Assembly: GCA_040954595.2 (NCBI GenBank)
Contig: CM082580.2
Location: 14,336,389 to 14,400,388, forward strand
From: Balanoglossus misakiensis
Lineage: Eukaryota; Animalia; Hemichordata
Length of the DNA: 64,000 nt
Reading direction: 5' to 3'
Shown here: piece by piece, positions 15,202-46,700 of the stretch
Layout: every line of letters starts with the position of its first letter
Position numbering within the stretch: position 1 is the stretch's first letter
Position numbers and translations under genes: made by a program
The notes under the pieces: generated by a model
Told to the model about the DNA's origin: nothing
Seen by the model: the letters and a program-made list of their open reading frames with translations, nothing else
Database searches by the model: none

Positions 15202-16184
15202 AAATGTACCGATTAGACAAAATGCCAGCGGTTATGGTTCTAGTGTTCTGAAACTACGGCGTTTCGTGTGTGTCCTTCGGATGCAAGCGACCTCTTTTTC
15301 GATGATTGCGCTTCTTTTAAAGGGTATCCATACGAGCAAAGAAGGCTTTGCGTTGAGCTTTTGCTTTGGAATCGTGATTTCCTCCGAATTTGGATACGAA
15401 ACAATCAGCTATACGATCATTCATACGATGGAATTTTACAGAATTTTTAAATGTTAAACGCTATCTTCAGATAGTCGCCCCGTGGCACCACTGATGCTAC
15501 GCAACGCCAACCCGTTTCCTACTCTGTTAAGATAGAAACCCCTAAAACCGACCAGCGTGTTCGCATTGTGTAAAGGGTCTCGTCTAGTTAGTGCCAGTTT
15601 CTACCTCGAGAGAAAGGCTTCTGGTGAAGGGGTTCCATGTGCCCGGCAGACAAACAGCACTCAGCATTGAAAATGATTGAAAGGCGCAAGTGCACTCTAA
15701 TTGCAACGACAGTAACTCGACTCTCCAACGGAGCAATTTTACCCCAACAGAATCGCAGACGCGTAATTAGCTGAAACCGCAGCAGCCTTCCTTTCCTGAT
15801 AAAGTTGACAGTACCCACTCCACTATTCGGAGGTCTGTGGATTTTTTAGAGCCAGGCCCAGCAAGGGGCAGGTGAATATTTGTCAGACACATACCAAAAT
15901 GCCCATTCGCTGACGAAAAGATTATCTGACGGAAACGATTCCATCGACATATATACGATTAAGAATTTTTTTATCCTGTTCTGAACCCATCCATTCAACG
16001 GCAGCTCATCTTTCTTCATAATTTGCAAGGCAACTAACAATGCACCTTTAAGCAGAAATATCTCTTTTCCTCAAATATCTACGACAGTCTACCTCTTGGT
16101 TTACTGGTTCAACCACACCCGTCAGTCATCACACAACAGTGATGTTTTTTTCATCTCATGATTGTGCAACGCCACTCACAATGA

Positions 16185-16320
16185 ACATACATACATAAAT
16201 ACATACATACATACATACATACATACATACATACATACATACATACATACATACATACATACATACATACATACATACATACATACATACATACATACAT
16301 ACATACATACATACATACAT

Positions 16321-16418
<98 letters not shown>

Positions 16419-16444
16419 CAGACAGACAGACAGACAGACAGACA
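16185..16444. repeat. Compound tetranucleotide microsatellite (ACAT)n(ACAG)n
   Basis: Direct reading; switch at about 16322. Confidence 0.98.
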
Positions 16445-19400
16445 CAGTAGTTTACTAAGATATACCGTCGTACTTAGGCATGCGTGTGCCAACCATTGCA
16501 GGTGCAAGAGAGCATGTTCATCATTCTACAAAGAAGATAAAAGACTTAAAGTTACTTGTCAGATGGCTTTTATTCGCATCTAACAGACATCTGCCGCGAT
16601 GTCTAGTTAATCCGAATGGCGTGTCCATGAAGAAAGGCAAAACGTGATCAAATGTCTATGGATCTGACACAGGGGAGAGATGTGAAGCCAAAGTCATTGA
16701 TTAATGAATGAACAGATATTGATCGACCCGGAAACAAACAATGGCAGATGATACCAGATCACGCTGAATAATTAAATTACAAGTTTACGACTGAATGAAG
16801 AGATTTTATTACCTGTGAGATGGTTTGATTAGCTCGCGAACGCCATAAACCTCGTAAGTGAACATAAAACTCCGCCTTATATCTTCGCCGATGTTGTTTT
16901 CGCGTCACGAACGCGCACTCAGCGGTTTCCAAGTCCAAATGGACTGGAATTGCCGTATAATTTTTGCCAATACCATGCTAAGTGAAAAACCGCTGCGTCC
17001 ATTAGCTCGGCGGGTTTCCCGTCATACCTCACTGTCTAAGTACAGAGAAAATGTTTCAAAGTCGCCGTACCGGTAGTGGCGTGTCCCGCTGTCTGCATTC
17101 TATTACAAAATTCCAATATGAGTCATATGCATCTCAGATGTGTATATGCAGACTGCCTTTCATGGCAGGTATTGCTGAGGGAACAATATGTCCCAACACC
17201 GTCACTTATCGTCAAGTTCTAACGGTATGCTTAACTCAGGTCTCCGCAGCGATTTCATGATTAACAAAAGATTGTTACCCGCTACTCTTTCGCATGCCTT
17301 GTTAATAAGTCCATAATTATCGATTAAAACTGTACAAACCTGCGACAATATAAAATCAAAACTGCAAATAGAATTACATGAAGGAGATGAGATGTTGACC
17401 CTGAAACTCTAATCCGATTTTTGTGCAATTTTAATAATTAAAGGTGCATTACCTTGCATTTAAGCAATTATAAGTATTCGAACGAGATAAAAGGACAAAA
17501 AGATGGGTAAGCTTATAGTTAACAAACTAGAAAAGATACATGTGGGAGGTAATAGAAATATCAAAATTTAACCTTTTATATGGCATGCTGGTGGCAAAGT
17601 AATAATAATCTTAATTTAAGAACCCAATTACCCCTAAAATGTTATAAAAACCTATTCTAATGTTACTTCATTTGATTACTATTGTACTTATGTATTCAAT
17701 TTATTTGTGGTCGAGCGACAATTACTTCTAATTTAGACGTATCAATATTCAATTACACTAGTGCTGCTATGCTATTACAAGAGGCAGTGAAACTAATAAG
17801 TAACGTACTTTTAGAATATTACCCGTAAAAATATCCATCATCGGTTTGAAGGTTGCTGAGATTTTTAAAATTATTTCCTCGAATACAGTCTTATCTGCCC
17901 CCTTCTGACTAGCGGACCCTTCAAAGTTATGTACAGCGGAGATTGCCCAGTTTTGCCCATGAGTTGAACACATATCGGCAAACTGATATGCCGCAAGGTA
18001 AACCGTTCCTTCTACTCGGCCTTTTAACACAGGGCCACACAGTTCATCTGGTAGAAACCATTGCAGCTATCACATAGCAGATTAAAAACTTAATGCGTAT
18101 CCGCCCGCCTGCAGCTAGTCAGTAATTATGCAAAGGGTGACGTCATAAGTCGTCTATCCGGAGAAAGCGGACGGTAAACTCTATCATGTTTCGCCAAGAA
18201 GGCTTTACAGTATCTTAGTAAAGCAAAACCCTTAATAGAATTCTTGCATGCGATAACATGAAAAGGCTGCCTTCTCTTGGCATGAAGGTGACCCGAGCTA
18301 CTTTTCACATTTTCCATATTCTGCGCGGATTGTTCAAATTCTAGTTCGCTTTATTCTCTGGCGACACGCGCCCATCAGTCTGCGAAACACAAGCCTAGCA
18401 ACATTCGCCACATTTAATCTTATACCACACTGATCTTGAAAGGGTGGTACCAGAGAAAGTTTGGCTATTTTTGGAAAATGTTCTGTTTTTTGTTGGTAAC
18501 GCTTCGCACAGGGACACCTCCTTTAACATCGACATGGCATTTGAGTCGCGGTGTTTTCAGATGTATATGCATTCTTCGGAGATCTGAAGGTTATGATACT
18601 CAATAAAACCTGAGTCAGTTGAGAGAGTTACGATAATACCCGCATTAAGTATACCTTTCTTCATTTCGTCTTGTTGTGTTGTTTTGCGCAAACATCTTGA
18701 AAAATTGCCTAAAGTCGCAACTAACTGACATAAAACAATTTAATCGTTGTACACTTCTTTACATTCATTAATTACGCTTTTGTCAACATTTCAGTATCCG
18801 AACACAATGTCCAATGTCGATTTACATTAAAAATCTTCTAGTCGACGTAATATATTGTACGTTGTTGTGTTGGATAGGGCAAAATACTCAAGAGACAGCG
18901 AGAGACGGTCGAGGTTTCGAATTAATGGAACGGGCCGTACTTACCTCACCGGGAAGACTTTATGTGAAATTTCTACGTTAGTAAAGTCAGTCTAATGGGC
19001 GTGTGGGATTTGCAAGTGTATTCCCGAAGAGGGGAGCAGTAAACACATTAATTCATATTACAGTTGCATGAAATATCACTGCTTGTGCTGACATATGACA
19101 ATGTCAGACGTCACCATTCAACAAAACAGGAGACGCGGCCGTAATATTGGCATGGACGTTAAAAGCATTTGCAGTTATAGGCTCCTAATAGAGATGGAGT
19201 ACAAACAGGCACGTTTTCGAAGTGTGCCTTCAAAGCGTATCTTTAAATTCATCTCGCTTTGTTGTACTTAGTAAGTCGGTGGGGTATTTTAGCGAGTTTG
19301 CCGTACTTTAACGCTGTAAATTCATTATGGTAGAAACGTCTCAAGCGTAATCTCGGTTTGTGGTGCCCCGGAGTTAGACTCCAGACGGCCCGACAAGTGT

Positions 19401-22113
19401 TGCATGTAGCTGCATGTATTATTGGCCCTCCAGACCCGTTCCTCTTGTTCGGTATTTTCTGTTTGTAAATTGTTACTGCGTTTTGAGACTGGGAGTAAAG
19501 ACCTCCAAAGTATCTGTCAGTCATGTGTAGTCACTGCTTTCCATCTCTCCTTATGTTTGCTTTCGACTTCAATGTTCTGTCTGTGGCGTTGTGGACTGCC
19601 AAATATAAAAGACAAAATGATACTTTGAGTTCTGAGAGTGGTTGTCGTTGTTACCTTATAGCCATGGCAACAGACATTGTATTTGAAAGAGAAGTCTACC
19701 AACGTTTGTCAATGCATTGGCCTTAATCACCACAGAACGGTAGCTTTTAGGCATATTGATATATGACGATGTTCCAAGGAGGGTCAACAAGTAATCTCGA
19801 GCAGCCATAAAACTTGACTAATTCGAGCTGAAGTTTTAGAATTATATGAAAACCACAAAAACATCAACCCTCTGCTCTATTTAATTTCTATTAATCTGTA
19901 GATGTTTTGGAATTACATCATAAATATAAGAATTCTATACATCATTTATGACTTACTCCCCAAAAAACGTCCGTCATGGAAGCTACATAATTTATACCAC
20001 CTTTAGGATGAGGTTTTAGATTTATATCATGAACATCTTTTAAATCTATTTAGAGATTGTACATCAGCACTATAAAGCATCAACTAATTCTTCTCCCGTC
20101 ATTATAAATATGTTGAATTTATGCACGTTATAAATTTATGCCATAAAACATATTTATTACTGTACAGGTGGTATGACGTCAGACACTGACAAGCCATAAA
20201 TCATATTTCTTTCAGTGACCATGACATACAGGAAATATATGTATATTTCATCGTTAGCGACAGTTTTCGCACCTCTGTATAATTTGATGGATAAACCTGA
20301 AACACGAAAGCCTTGCGGTTTGGAAAGATATTTCGTCGTTACCGACTGTTTTCATACATGAACTTCTGCATACATGCCAGATAATATTCAACCTGAAACA
20401 GTAATCTCCGATATTCATCGGGTTTCCTCTATTAAGTTGGACAGCATGACTAGCATGACTTTCATTTGCGACGGAATGGCAAAAAATACTTTGTTTGTTT
20501 GTTCAGATATGTAATTAAAAAGTCTCAGCCAGTCTTTCATAACCAGCTGATACTCACCAACCGTTAAGCACGTTAACACGAGATAATTATTGTCTGAATG
20601 TAAAATCACGAGTAAAATGCAAATGATCCATATGAATGCATATAATTTAAATATCAGTGGTGGATGAACAATAAGGGTGTACGTCATTAACATAGCGTTA
20701 GCTGTAGTAGCCGTACACCTGGGTAGTTTGAATATTACGTAAGGGTTTTTGATTTTTTTGACTCTCGGCAACGGCAGTCAAGTGGCGTGAGCCGAACAGA
20801 AAACAGACAAGGAGCACTCGGCCATGAGTGACGGGGACTGGTATCTTGTAATCCACGTGGGAGCTCGGTGTTGAAGTTCAGCACGTCGGGTATGTCCTGT
20901 TGGTTTGAATTCAGCGTTACTCTCGGACTTAAAATGCATGTCTACGCCAGCAACTGTAAGTGAAGTGAACCTGTTAATTTCTTCTGAGAGGACTTTAGGA
21001 AAGAACTTTGTGAGAAAGCAGCACGCCAGCGTGAACCATCGCCGGGTCGGTGCAGAGAACTCACGGAACACTGAATTATCGCGTCCGCTCACCACGTGTG
21101 TAATATTACCGCGGAACTGATACAAGTTTCTTGAGGACATTACAATATTTGAGTAAGAACCCTAGTAACATTTAAGTTTCAGTGCTTGTACTATGATATT
21201 GTTTTTCTTCCTGTGACAAATCGATTAGCAGTGAAACGTATAACTTTGGGTGTTCAGTGTATCATTGTTGTTGCTGTCTGGGTGTTTGTGTTGCGAGTTT
21301 TTGGTTCGTAACACATATAACAAGGCTTTAAAGTTTCATGGAATTTTGGAGCGACTCATCTCAGCTTGTAACAAGTCCACTGAAGCAACACCGGTCTGCA
21401 TAACGCACAAATATTCAAACAAATTTGTTTCCAGAATAGTACATATAACCAGAATCATTCAAGAAAGAAAGCAAGGAGATTCGTTGTCTGTTTTCGATGA
21501 CCCCTGCATCATAAGAATGTAAGCTTTATTTCCCCTGCAGAATAACTTCGACTAAAGCAGATCTTTGTGATCATAAGAACCGAACTAAACAGCTCAGCAG
21601 CAAAAGTACCGATTTATCATAATCAGCTTTATCTAAAACCAAATGGATTAAATTGATAAATATTTCATTTTGAAACAAAATACTAAATCCATATGAACTT
21701 TTATTATGAAGAAGAGCTAATGCGAGGGTCAGGACTGACGAGTACTGCTTGAGGGACAATTTGGCAGCCATACCTCACAAAGCATTGGTTAAAATAAGTG
21801 AACTCTGAGATTATTCTGAGAGTATTCTCCCCTGTGAAATTTGAACACTTTGCTGCGGTTTCTGGGGCATAAAAGAAAATAGCAAATATAACAAGTTAAC
21901 AGGGGTTCAACAGTGACAAAATACACACTTCTAGTCACTTGAGCTGTGTTCTCAGCTGCACAACAAAACAAGAATACGAATCAATCACTTAAACGATATA
22001 TTTGCAAGCATTTTATATCCCGCATTAAATGTAGGATACTGCACCGCGGCTTATGAGCCCAGAAACCGTGTTACTCAGCTGTCAACAGTAGGAGCATACT
22101 GTGGAGATGTGAA

Positions 22114-22166
22114 CCGCGCCATCTACGTATAAAGCAGGGCCGTTTATGTCGCTGACTGTATTAGTT
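22114..22166 (+). promoter_or_regulatory. Possible core promoter (CCGCGCC ... TATAAAG ... TTAGTT)
   Basis: TATAAAG at 22128 with an Inr-like TTAGTT about 33-35 nt downstream and a BRE-like heptamer upstream; spacing is imperfect and this is motif-only evidence. Confidence 0.2.
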
Positions 22167-22610
22167 ATACTTGAGTAAATGGGTGCATAGATATCGGATT
22201 TCACTTAGCATTGCAAGTATATTAAACACTGAACCGTACCTTGTTACTTCAGCGTCTTTGCAGACTGGGCCATTTCGTCATAATACACGTACCTCCAATC
22301 GACAACGCCCACAAACCCGCCTTCTCGCACGGAGCCAATCAACGTCAGACGACAGATATGGTTTCTCGAATCTCTGCGAGAATTCTCTTTCGGAATGTGA
22401 TTACCTCTTGTTTGACAATGTCTCACTATCGACGGTTTAATAGATTTGCAATGGACCAATTTGCCTCTTTCTCAGAACTGCTGGACTCGGTGTGGTGAAA
22501 AATCCCAGATCTCCAGTCGTCAGCTCATTCCACCTTGGCTCAGACTGACGTTTCCTTCTCCTTTTCTCTCAAAACAGATCTTTTTTTTTTTTTCGTGAAA
22601 CTGCAGTTTT

Positions 22611-22631
22611 ATGGCACATCGTCCGGAGTAA
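22611..22631 (+). other. Upstream ORF (MAHRPE*), in frame with and ending 3 nt before the predicted start codon
   Basis: ATG GCA CAT CGT CCG GAG TAA GCA ATG read directly; relevant only if this stretch is in the mRNA. Confidence 0.45.
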
Positions 22632-22634
22632 GCA

Positions 22635-40367
<17,733 letters not shown>

Positions 40368-42683
40368 TCAATGCCACAACACTGACATACGTCGCGTAAC
40401 ATTGATTTGAATATAGTTACATCATTTTAAACTTGAAAATTGCTTTCAATGAAAGTCGTTACACATTTTATAAAAGCTTTATTACATATTGAAAATCTAT
40501 TTCGACATTTTGACCTATCCACATAATGAGGATGTAGCTTCCCTCTCTGGCGTCAATATGGCGGCATCATGCAGATATTCTCAAAATTTCCTTCATCGAA
40601 GTAAGCATACCCGATCCTTCAACATTGTGCAAAATTACTATATTGGCGCCAGAAGATGGCGTCTTCGACAAAAATAGGTCGGTAGTACCTACACTGTATT
40701 CAGGCATGGAACGCTTTACACTTTTTTGTACATCACCTTAATGATGGCTCAGGGATCTTTGCTCAGTCTTCCATTTTTCACAAAAAGTACAAGAGATGGT
40801 GTTTTAATTTATTGTCAAATGAAATTGTATATGCCAATGCACTGACGCCTTGTGCGGTGTAAACTCTGCGCTAATATAACTCTTTTGATTTTTCACTTAA
40901 TCATAACCCTGTTTTTTTTATTTTTGTTTCTCCACATATCTTTTTATAGAAACGCAAATCTGTTTCACGGCACTACTGTACAGTCAATGTAAGCCAATGC
41001 TTGCTGGCACACCTCTGCTTCCATGCACGATTCTTCTTCTTTATTCATTTCCCCCGAACTAATTTCATTTAAAATCCTGCGTTGATGTCTTTTTCTACTA
41101 GGTCTTTCGAGTTCACTCTATTCATTCCACGGAAACATCACCTGGTCAGTGGGCCCGGACGTCTTTTTCGGCCACGGGCTCACCAAAGCACTCAAGCCCC
41201 ATCACTTCCATGACGCATCTCAATCCGCCCTCACCGTCAAGTTCACGACCCCCTGACAACACTAACGCCGATCCCGCTGTGGATTTGACATCCCATTTGT
41301 TGTAAAAAAAATACCAGCCTATTGTATTCCATGGTCATTTACACAGTTTGGGCGATTTTCATTATTTGTCGACGTTTCTCATTGTATACTGACCCTCAGT
41401 GCTTTTGGATTTTTGAAAACACATTCAAGTTCTGCTTCCGATGAATCCCTAGTTATATCGAAAGACCCATGTACTTGTAACCAGATTTGGTAAAAATGCT
41501 AGACTGGAAGCTTTGTCGCGCTCTCAAGACCGTGACTCTCTACCCCCTCTTACGTGAGGCGGGAAAGGGTGTCTAACAAGCAGAGATAGCAAAGGGCAAC
41601 ATCTCGAGCGATGGGTCTTCCAGTCTGGTGATCCCCGTCATTATTTCAAATATGGCGCCACGGCCATACCATATTTTATCGTTCATCACGCAGACATACT
41701 CACCTGAACATTTTCGAAATCTTCAAATATGAACATTTCATGATAAAAAGCACCATAAGAAATAGAAAATGCCATGTAAAAGAATATGTTCTCTTCTATC
41801 TATTCCATTCTTTCTCTATATGTGTAACACTACTGTGGCAATTCGGCTTTTCTTGTTGCTCTGCATACGCAATCCTTAATTTTGTAAAAATTAATTAATG
41901 TATTTAATGTGTTCCAAACAGTCAATTTCAAATGCATGTTAATCGGCCTTTGTAACTATTCAGATTAGTGCGTCATCTATTTGTTGTCGAATACAATTAT
42001 TGTAAATATGTTTTAAAATCTTACACGCAAGTGGTCACGTGTTAGGTTTTGATTCACTTGTTAATTTACTAATATATTTCATTCGCTTCTATTGCTGATA
42101 ATTAATGAGCTCTTTCCCCTCTCCCATCCCGCTTTTTATTATTTTGTTTTCTCAGCTTCGACTGGCATCCGCTATGATCTCCACGTCTGACAGTATGCGA
42201 GAGTCTTCAAGTCACACCAAATACTACTACAGTTCCGTCTGCTAGAACCTTGACTGTAAACGCTTCTCGTTAAAATTTCGCATTGTTTCAACCCCTTTCT
42301 AACTCTGTGTTAACTTGGCTTGTTAATCACGCATTATTCCGCATCTCCCCGAAGGCTGTTAATTTAAAAAAATATGCTTGTAATACCCGCGGCTATCAGA
42401 CTGAGAGTACAGTGCCGCAGTTATCAGTTGTTCTCCAAACACCCAGTGAGGGCGCTTTCGTTTTGGATTCCAATCCCAGAAGACAGAACTTTGTAAGATA
42501 TAAAATGCTTGCTATATAAATATTTATATCGATTATATTGTAAGATTTCATAGACGAATATGTTAATGTCAACTTTATTCATTTAATCTGCTTCTTACTG
42601 ATGTGTCACTTTATACAATCAGAGACAAATGTTGCTTGTTCAACTTTCTATATACGATATACTTTTAATCTAAATGTAGAAAC

Positions 42684-42689
42684 AATAAA
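42684..42689 (+). terminator. Candidate polyadenylation signal AATAAA for the GPCR (about 2.3 kb 3' UTR)
   Basis: AATAAA at the end of a long AT-rich, UTR-like stretch, followed by GT-rich sequence (gtagtgtgatgtgtc); no transcript evidence. Confidence 0.35.
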
Positions 42690-42835
42690 AGTATTGTCGA
42701 AAAGCTGACAAGTAGTGTGATGTGTCTTAGGTGAAGCGTAGTGGTAGTGGTAGAAGCAACAGTAACCACAACAACAGGGACAGCACAAAGAAGAGGAGGG
42801 GCTGACGGGAATTAAAGATAGACACGAAAGGACAA

Positions 42836-43275
42836 CTTTCATGGGCTATAACCCATGAAAAACGTCCAGAAATGACAAAATCACGACATTTCTCAAAGTC
42901 CAGAATTTGTCGACTTAGACGATTTTCATGAGCTACAACAATTGAAAAACGTCCAAAAATGACAAAATCACGACATTTCTCAAAGTCCAGAATTTGTCGA
43001 TTTTGACGATTTTCATGAGCTATAACCCATGATTTTTTTCGAAAATCGACGAAATTTCGAGATTTCGCAAAGTCGGAAAATTGTCATTTTTTGATGATTT
43101 TCATGAGCTATAACCCATGATTTTTTTCAAAAATCGTCGAAATTTGGAGATTTCGCGAAGTCCAAAAATTGTCATTTTTTGATGATTTTTCATGAGCTAT
43201 ACTATAACCCATGATTTTTTTCAAAAATCGACGAAATTTTGAGATTACGCAAAGTCGAAAAATCGACGAAATTTT
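42836..43275 (+). repeat. Satellite edge block 1: about 5 diverged monomers (87-89 bp), forward orientation
   Basis: GCTA(T/C)AAC anchors at 42845, 42932, 43019, 43107 and 43196 (last with a CTATA duplication); the first two units form a distinct variant (AAAAACGTCC..ATGACAAAATCACGAC). Confidence 0.9.
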
Positions 43276-43757
43276 CAAAATTTCTTCATTTGTTCGAAAA
43301 AAACATGGGTTATAGCTCATGAAAATCATCCGAAAATGACAATTTTTCGACTTTGCGAATTTTCAAAATTTCTTCATTTTTTCGAAAAAACCATGGGTTA
43401 TAGCTCATGAAAATCATCCGAAAATGACAATTTTTCGACTTTGCGAATTTTCAAAATTTCTTCATTTTTTCGAAAAAAAACATGGGTTATAGCTCATGAA
43501 AATCGTCCGAAAATGACAATTTTTGGACTTTGCGAATTTTCAAAATTTCTTCATTTTTTCGAAAAAACCATGGGTTATAGCTCATGAAAATCGTCCGAAA
43601 ATGACAATTTTTCGACTTTGCGAATTTTAAAAATTTCTTCATTTTTTCGAAAAAACCATGGGTTATAGCTCATGAATATCGTCCGAAAATGACAATTTTT
43701 CGACTCTGCGAATTTTCAAAATTTCTTCATTTTTTCGAAAAAACCATGGGTTATAGC
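43276..43757 (-). repeat. Satellite edge block 2: about 5.5 monomers of an 88-bp subfamily, inverted
   Basis: CATGGGTTAT anchors at 43304, 43392, 43481, 43569, 43657 and 43745 (spacing 88/89). Confidence 0.93.
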
Positions 43758-46700
43758 CATGATTTTTTCAAAAAATGAGCAAATTTTGAAAATTCGCAAA
43801 GTCGAAAAATCTTCGATTTTTGACGATTTTCCTGAGCTATAACCCATGATTTTTTCAAAAAATGAGCAAATTTAGAAAATTCGCAAAGTCGAAAAATCTT
43901 CGATTTTTGACGATTTTCCTGAGCTATAACCCATGATTTTTTCAAAAAATGACCAAATTTTGAAAATTCGCAAAGTCGAAAAATCTTCGATTTTTGACGA
44001 TTTTCCTGAGCTATAACCCATGATTTTTTCAAAAAATGACCAAATTTTGAAAATTCGCAAAGTCGAAAAATCTTCGATTTTTGACGATTTTCCTGAGCTA
44101 TAACCCATGATTTTTTCAAAAAATGACCAAATTTTGAAAATTCGCAAAGTCGAAAAATCTTCGATTTTTGACGATTTTCCTGAGCTATAACCCATGATTT
44201 TTTCAAAAAATGAGCAAATTTTGAAAATTCGCAAAGACGAAAAATCTTCGATTTTTGTCGATTTTCCTGAGCTATAACCCATGATTTTTTCAAAAAATGA
44301 GCAAATTTTGAAAATTCGCAAAGTCGAAAAATCTTCGATTTTTGACGATTTTCCTGAGCTATAACCCATGATTTTTTCAAAAAATGAGCAAATTTTGAAA
44401 ATTCGCAAACTCGAAAAATCTTCGATTTTTGACGATTTTCCTGAGCTATAACCCATGATTTTTTCAAAAAATGACCAAATTTTGAAAATTCGCAAAGTCG
44501 AAAAATCTTCGATTTTTGACGATTTTCCTGAGCTATAACCCATGATTTTTTCAAAAAATGACCAAATTTTGAAAATTCGCAAAGTCGATAAATCTTCGAT
44601 TTTTGACGATTTTCCTGAGCTATAACCCATGATTTTTTCAAAAAATGACCAAATTTTGAAAATTCGCAAAGTCGAAAAATCTTCGATTTTTGACGATTTT
44701 CCTGAGCTATAACCCATGATTTTTTCAAAAAATGAGCAAATTTTGAAAATTCGCAAACTCGAAAAATCTTCGATTTTTGACGATTTTCCTGAGCTATAAC
44801 CCATGATTTTTTCAAAAAATGAGCAAATTTTGAAAATTCGCAAACTCGAAAAATCTTCGATTTTTGACGATTTTCCTGAGCTATAACCCATGATTTTTTC
44901 AAAAAATGAGCAAATTTTGAAAATTCGCAAACTCGAAAAATCTTCGATTTTTGACGATTTTCCTGAGCTATAACCCATGATTTTTTCAAAAAATGAGCAA
45001 ATTTTGAAAATTCGCAAACTCGAAAAATCTTCGATTTTTGACGATTTTCCTGAGCTATAACCCATGATTTTTTCAAAAAATGAGCAAATTTTGAAAATTC
45101 GCAAACTCGAAAAATCTTCGATTTTTGACGATTTTCCTGAGCTATAACCCATGATTTTTTCAAAAAATGAGCAAATTTTGAAAATTCGCAAACTCGAAAA
45201 ATCTTCGATTTTTGACGATTTTCCTGAGCTATAACCCATGATTTTTTCAAAAAATGAGCAAATTTTGAAAATTCGCAAACTCGAAAAATCTTCGATTTTT
45301 GACGATTTTCCTGAGCTATAACCCATGATTTTTTCAAAAAATGACCAAATTTTGAAAATTCGCAAACTCGAAAAATCTTCGATTTTTGACGATTTTCCTG
45401 AGCTATAACCCATGATTTTTTCAAAAAATGACCAAATTTTGAAAATTCGCAAAGTCGAAAAATCTTCGATTTTTGACGATTTTCCTGAGCTATAACCCAT
45501 GATTTTTTCAAAAAATGAGCAAATTTTGAAAATTCGCAAACTCGAAAAATCTTCGATTTTTGACGATTTTCCTGAGCTATAACCCATGATTTTTTCAAAA
45601 AATGAGCAAATTTTGAAAATTCGCAAACTCGAAAAATCTTCGATTTTTGACGATTTTCCTGAGCTATAACCCATGATTTTTTCAAAAAATGAGCAAATTT
45701 TGAAAATTCGCAAACTCGAAAAATCTTCGATTTTTGACGATTTTCCTGAGCTATAACCCATGATTTTTTCAAAAAATGAGCAAATTTTGAAAATTCGCAA
45801 ACTCGAAAAATCTTCGATTTTTGACGATTTTCCTGAGCTATAACCCATGATTTTTTCAAAAAATGAGCAAATTTTGAAAATTCGCAAACTCGAAAAATCT
45901 TCGATTTTTGACGATTTTCCTGAGCTATAACCCATGATTTTTTCAAAAAATGAGCAAATTTTGAAAATTCGCAAACTCGAAAAATCTTCGATTTTTGACG
46001 ATTTTCCTGAGCTATAACCCATGATTTTTTCAAAAAATGAGCAAATTTTGAAAATTCGCAAAGTCGAAAAATCTTCGATTTTTGACGATTTTCCTGAGCT
46101 ATAACCCATGATTTTTTCAAAAAATGACCAAATTTTGAAAATTCGCAAAGTCGAAAAATCTTCGATTTTTGACGATTTTCCTGAGCTATAACCCATGATT
46201 TTTTCAAAAAATGAGCAAATTTTGAAAATTCGCAAAGACGAAAAATCTTCGATTTTTGACGATTTTCCTGAGCTATAACCCATGATTTTTTCAAAAAATG
46301 AGCAAATTTTGAAAATTCGCAAAGTCGAAAAATCTTCGATTTTTGACGATTTTCCTGAGCTATAACCCATGATTTTTTCAAAAAATGAGCAAATTTTGAA
46401 AATTCGCAAAGTCGAAAAATCTTCGATTTTTGACGATTTTCCTGAGCTATAACCCATGATTTTTTCAAAAAATGAGCAAATTTTGAAAATTCGCAAACTC
46501 GAAAAATCTTCGATTTTTGACGATTTTCCTGAGCTATAACCCATGATTTTTTCAAAAAATGACCAAATTTTGAAAATTCGCAAAGTCGATAAATCTTCGA
46601 TTTTTGACGATTTTCCTGAGCTATAACCCATGATTTTTTCAAAAAATGACCAAATTTTGAAAATTCGCAAAGTCGAAAAATCTTCGATTTTTGACGATTT

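Noticed and set aside
41280-41700. Possible dispersed-repeat fragment in the putative 3' UTR
   Set aside because: Looks repeat-like, but there is no second copy in the window and no definable ends.
43811-43827. CENP-B box in the monomer (CTTCGATTTTTGACGAT)
   Set aside because: Shares TTCG and a later CG but lacks the required A and CGGG of nTTCGnnnnAnnCGGGn.
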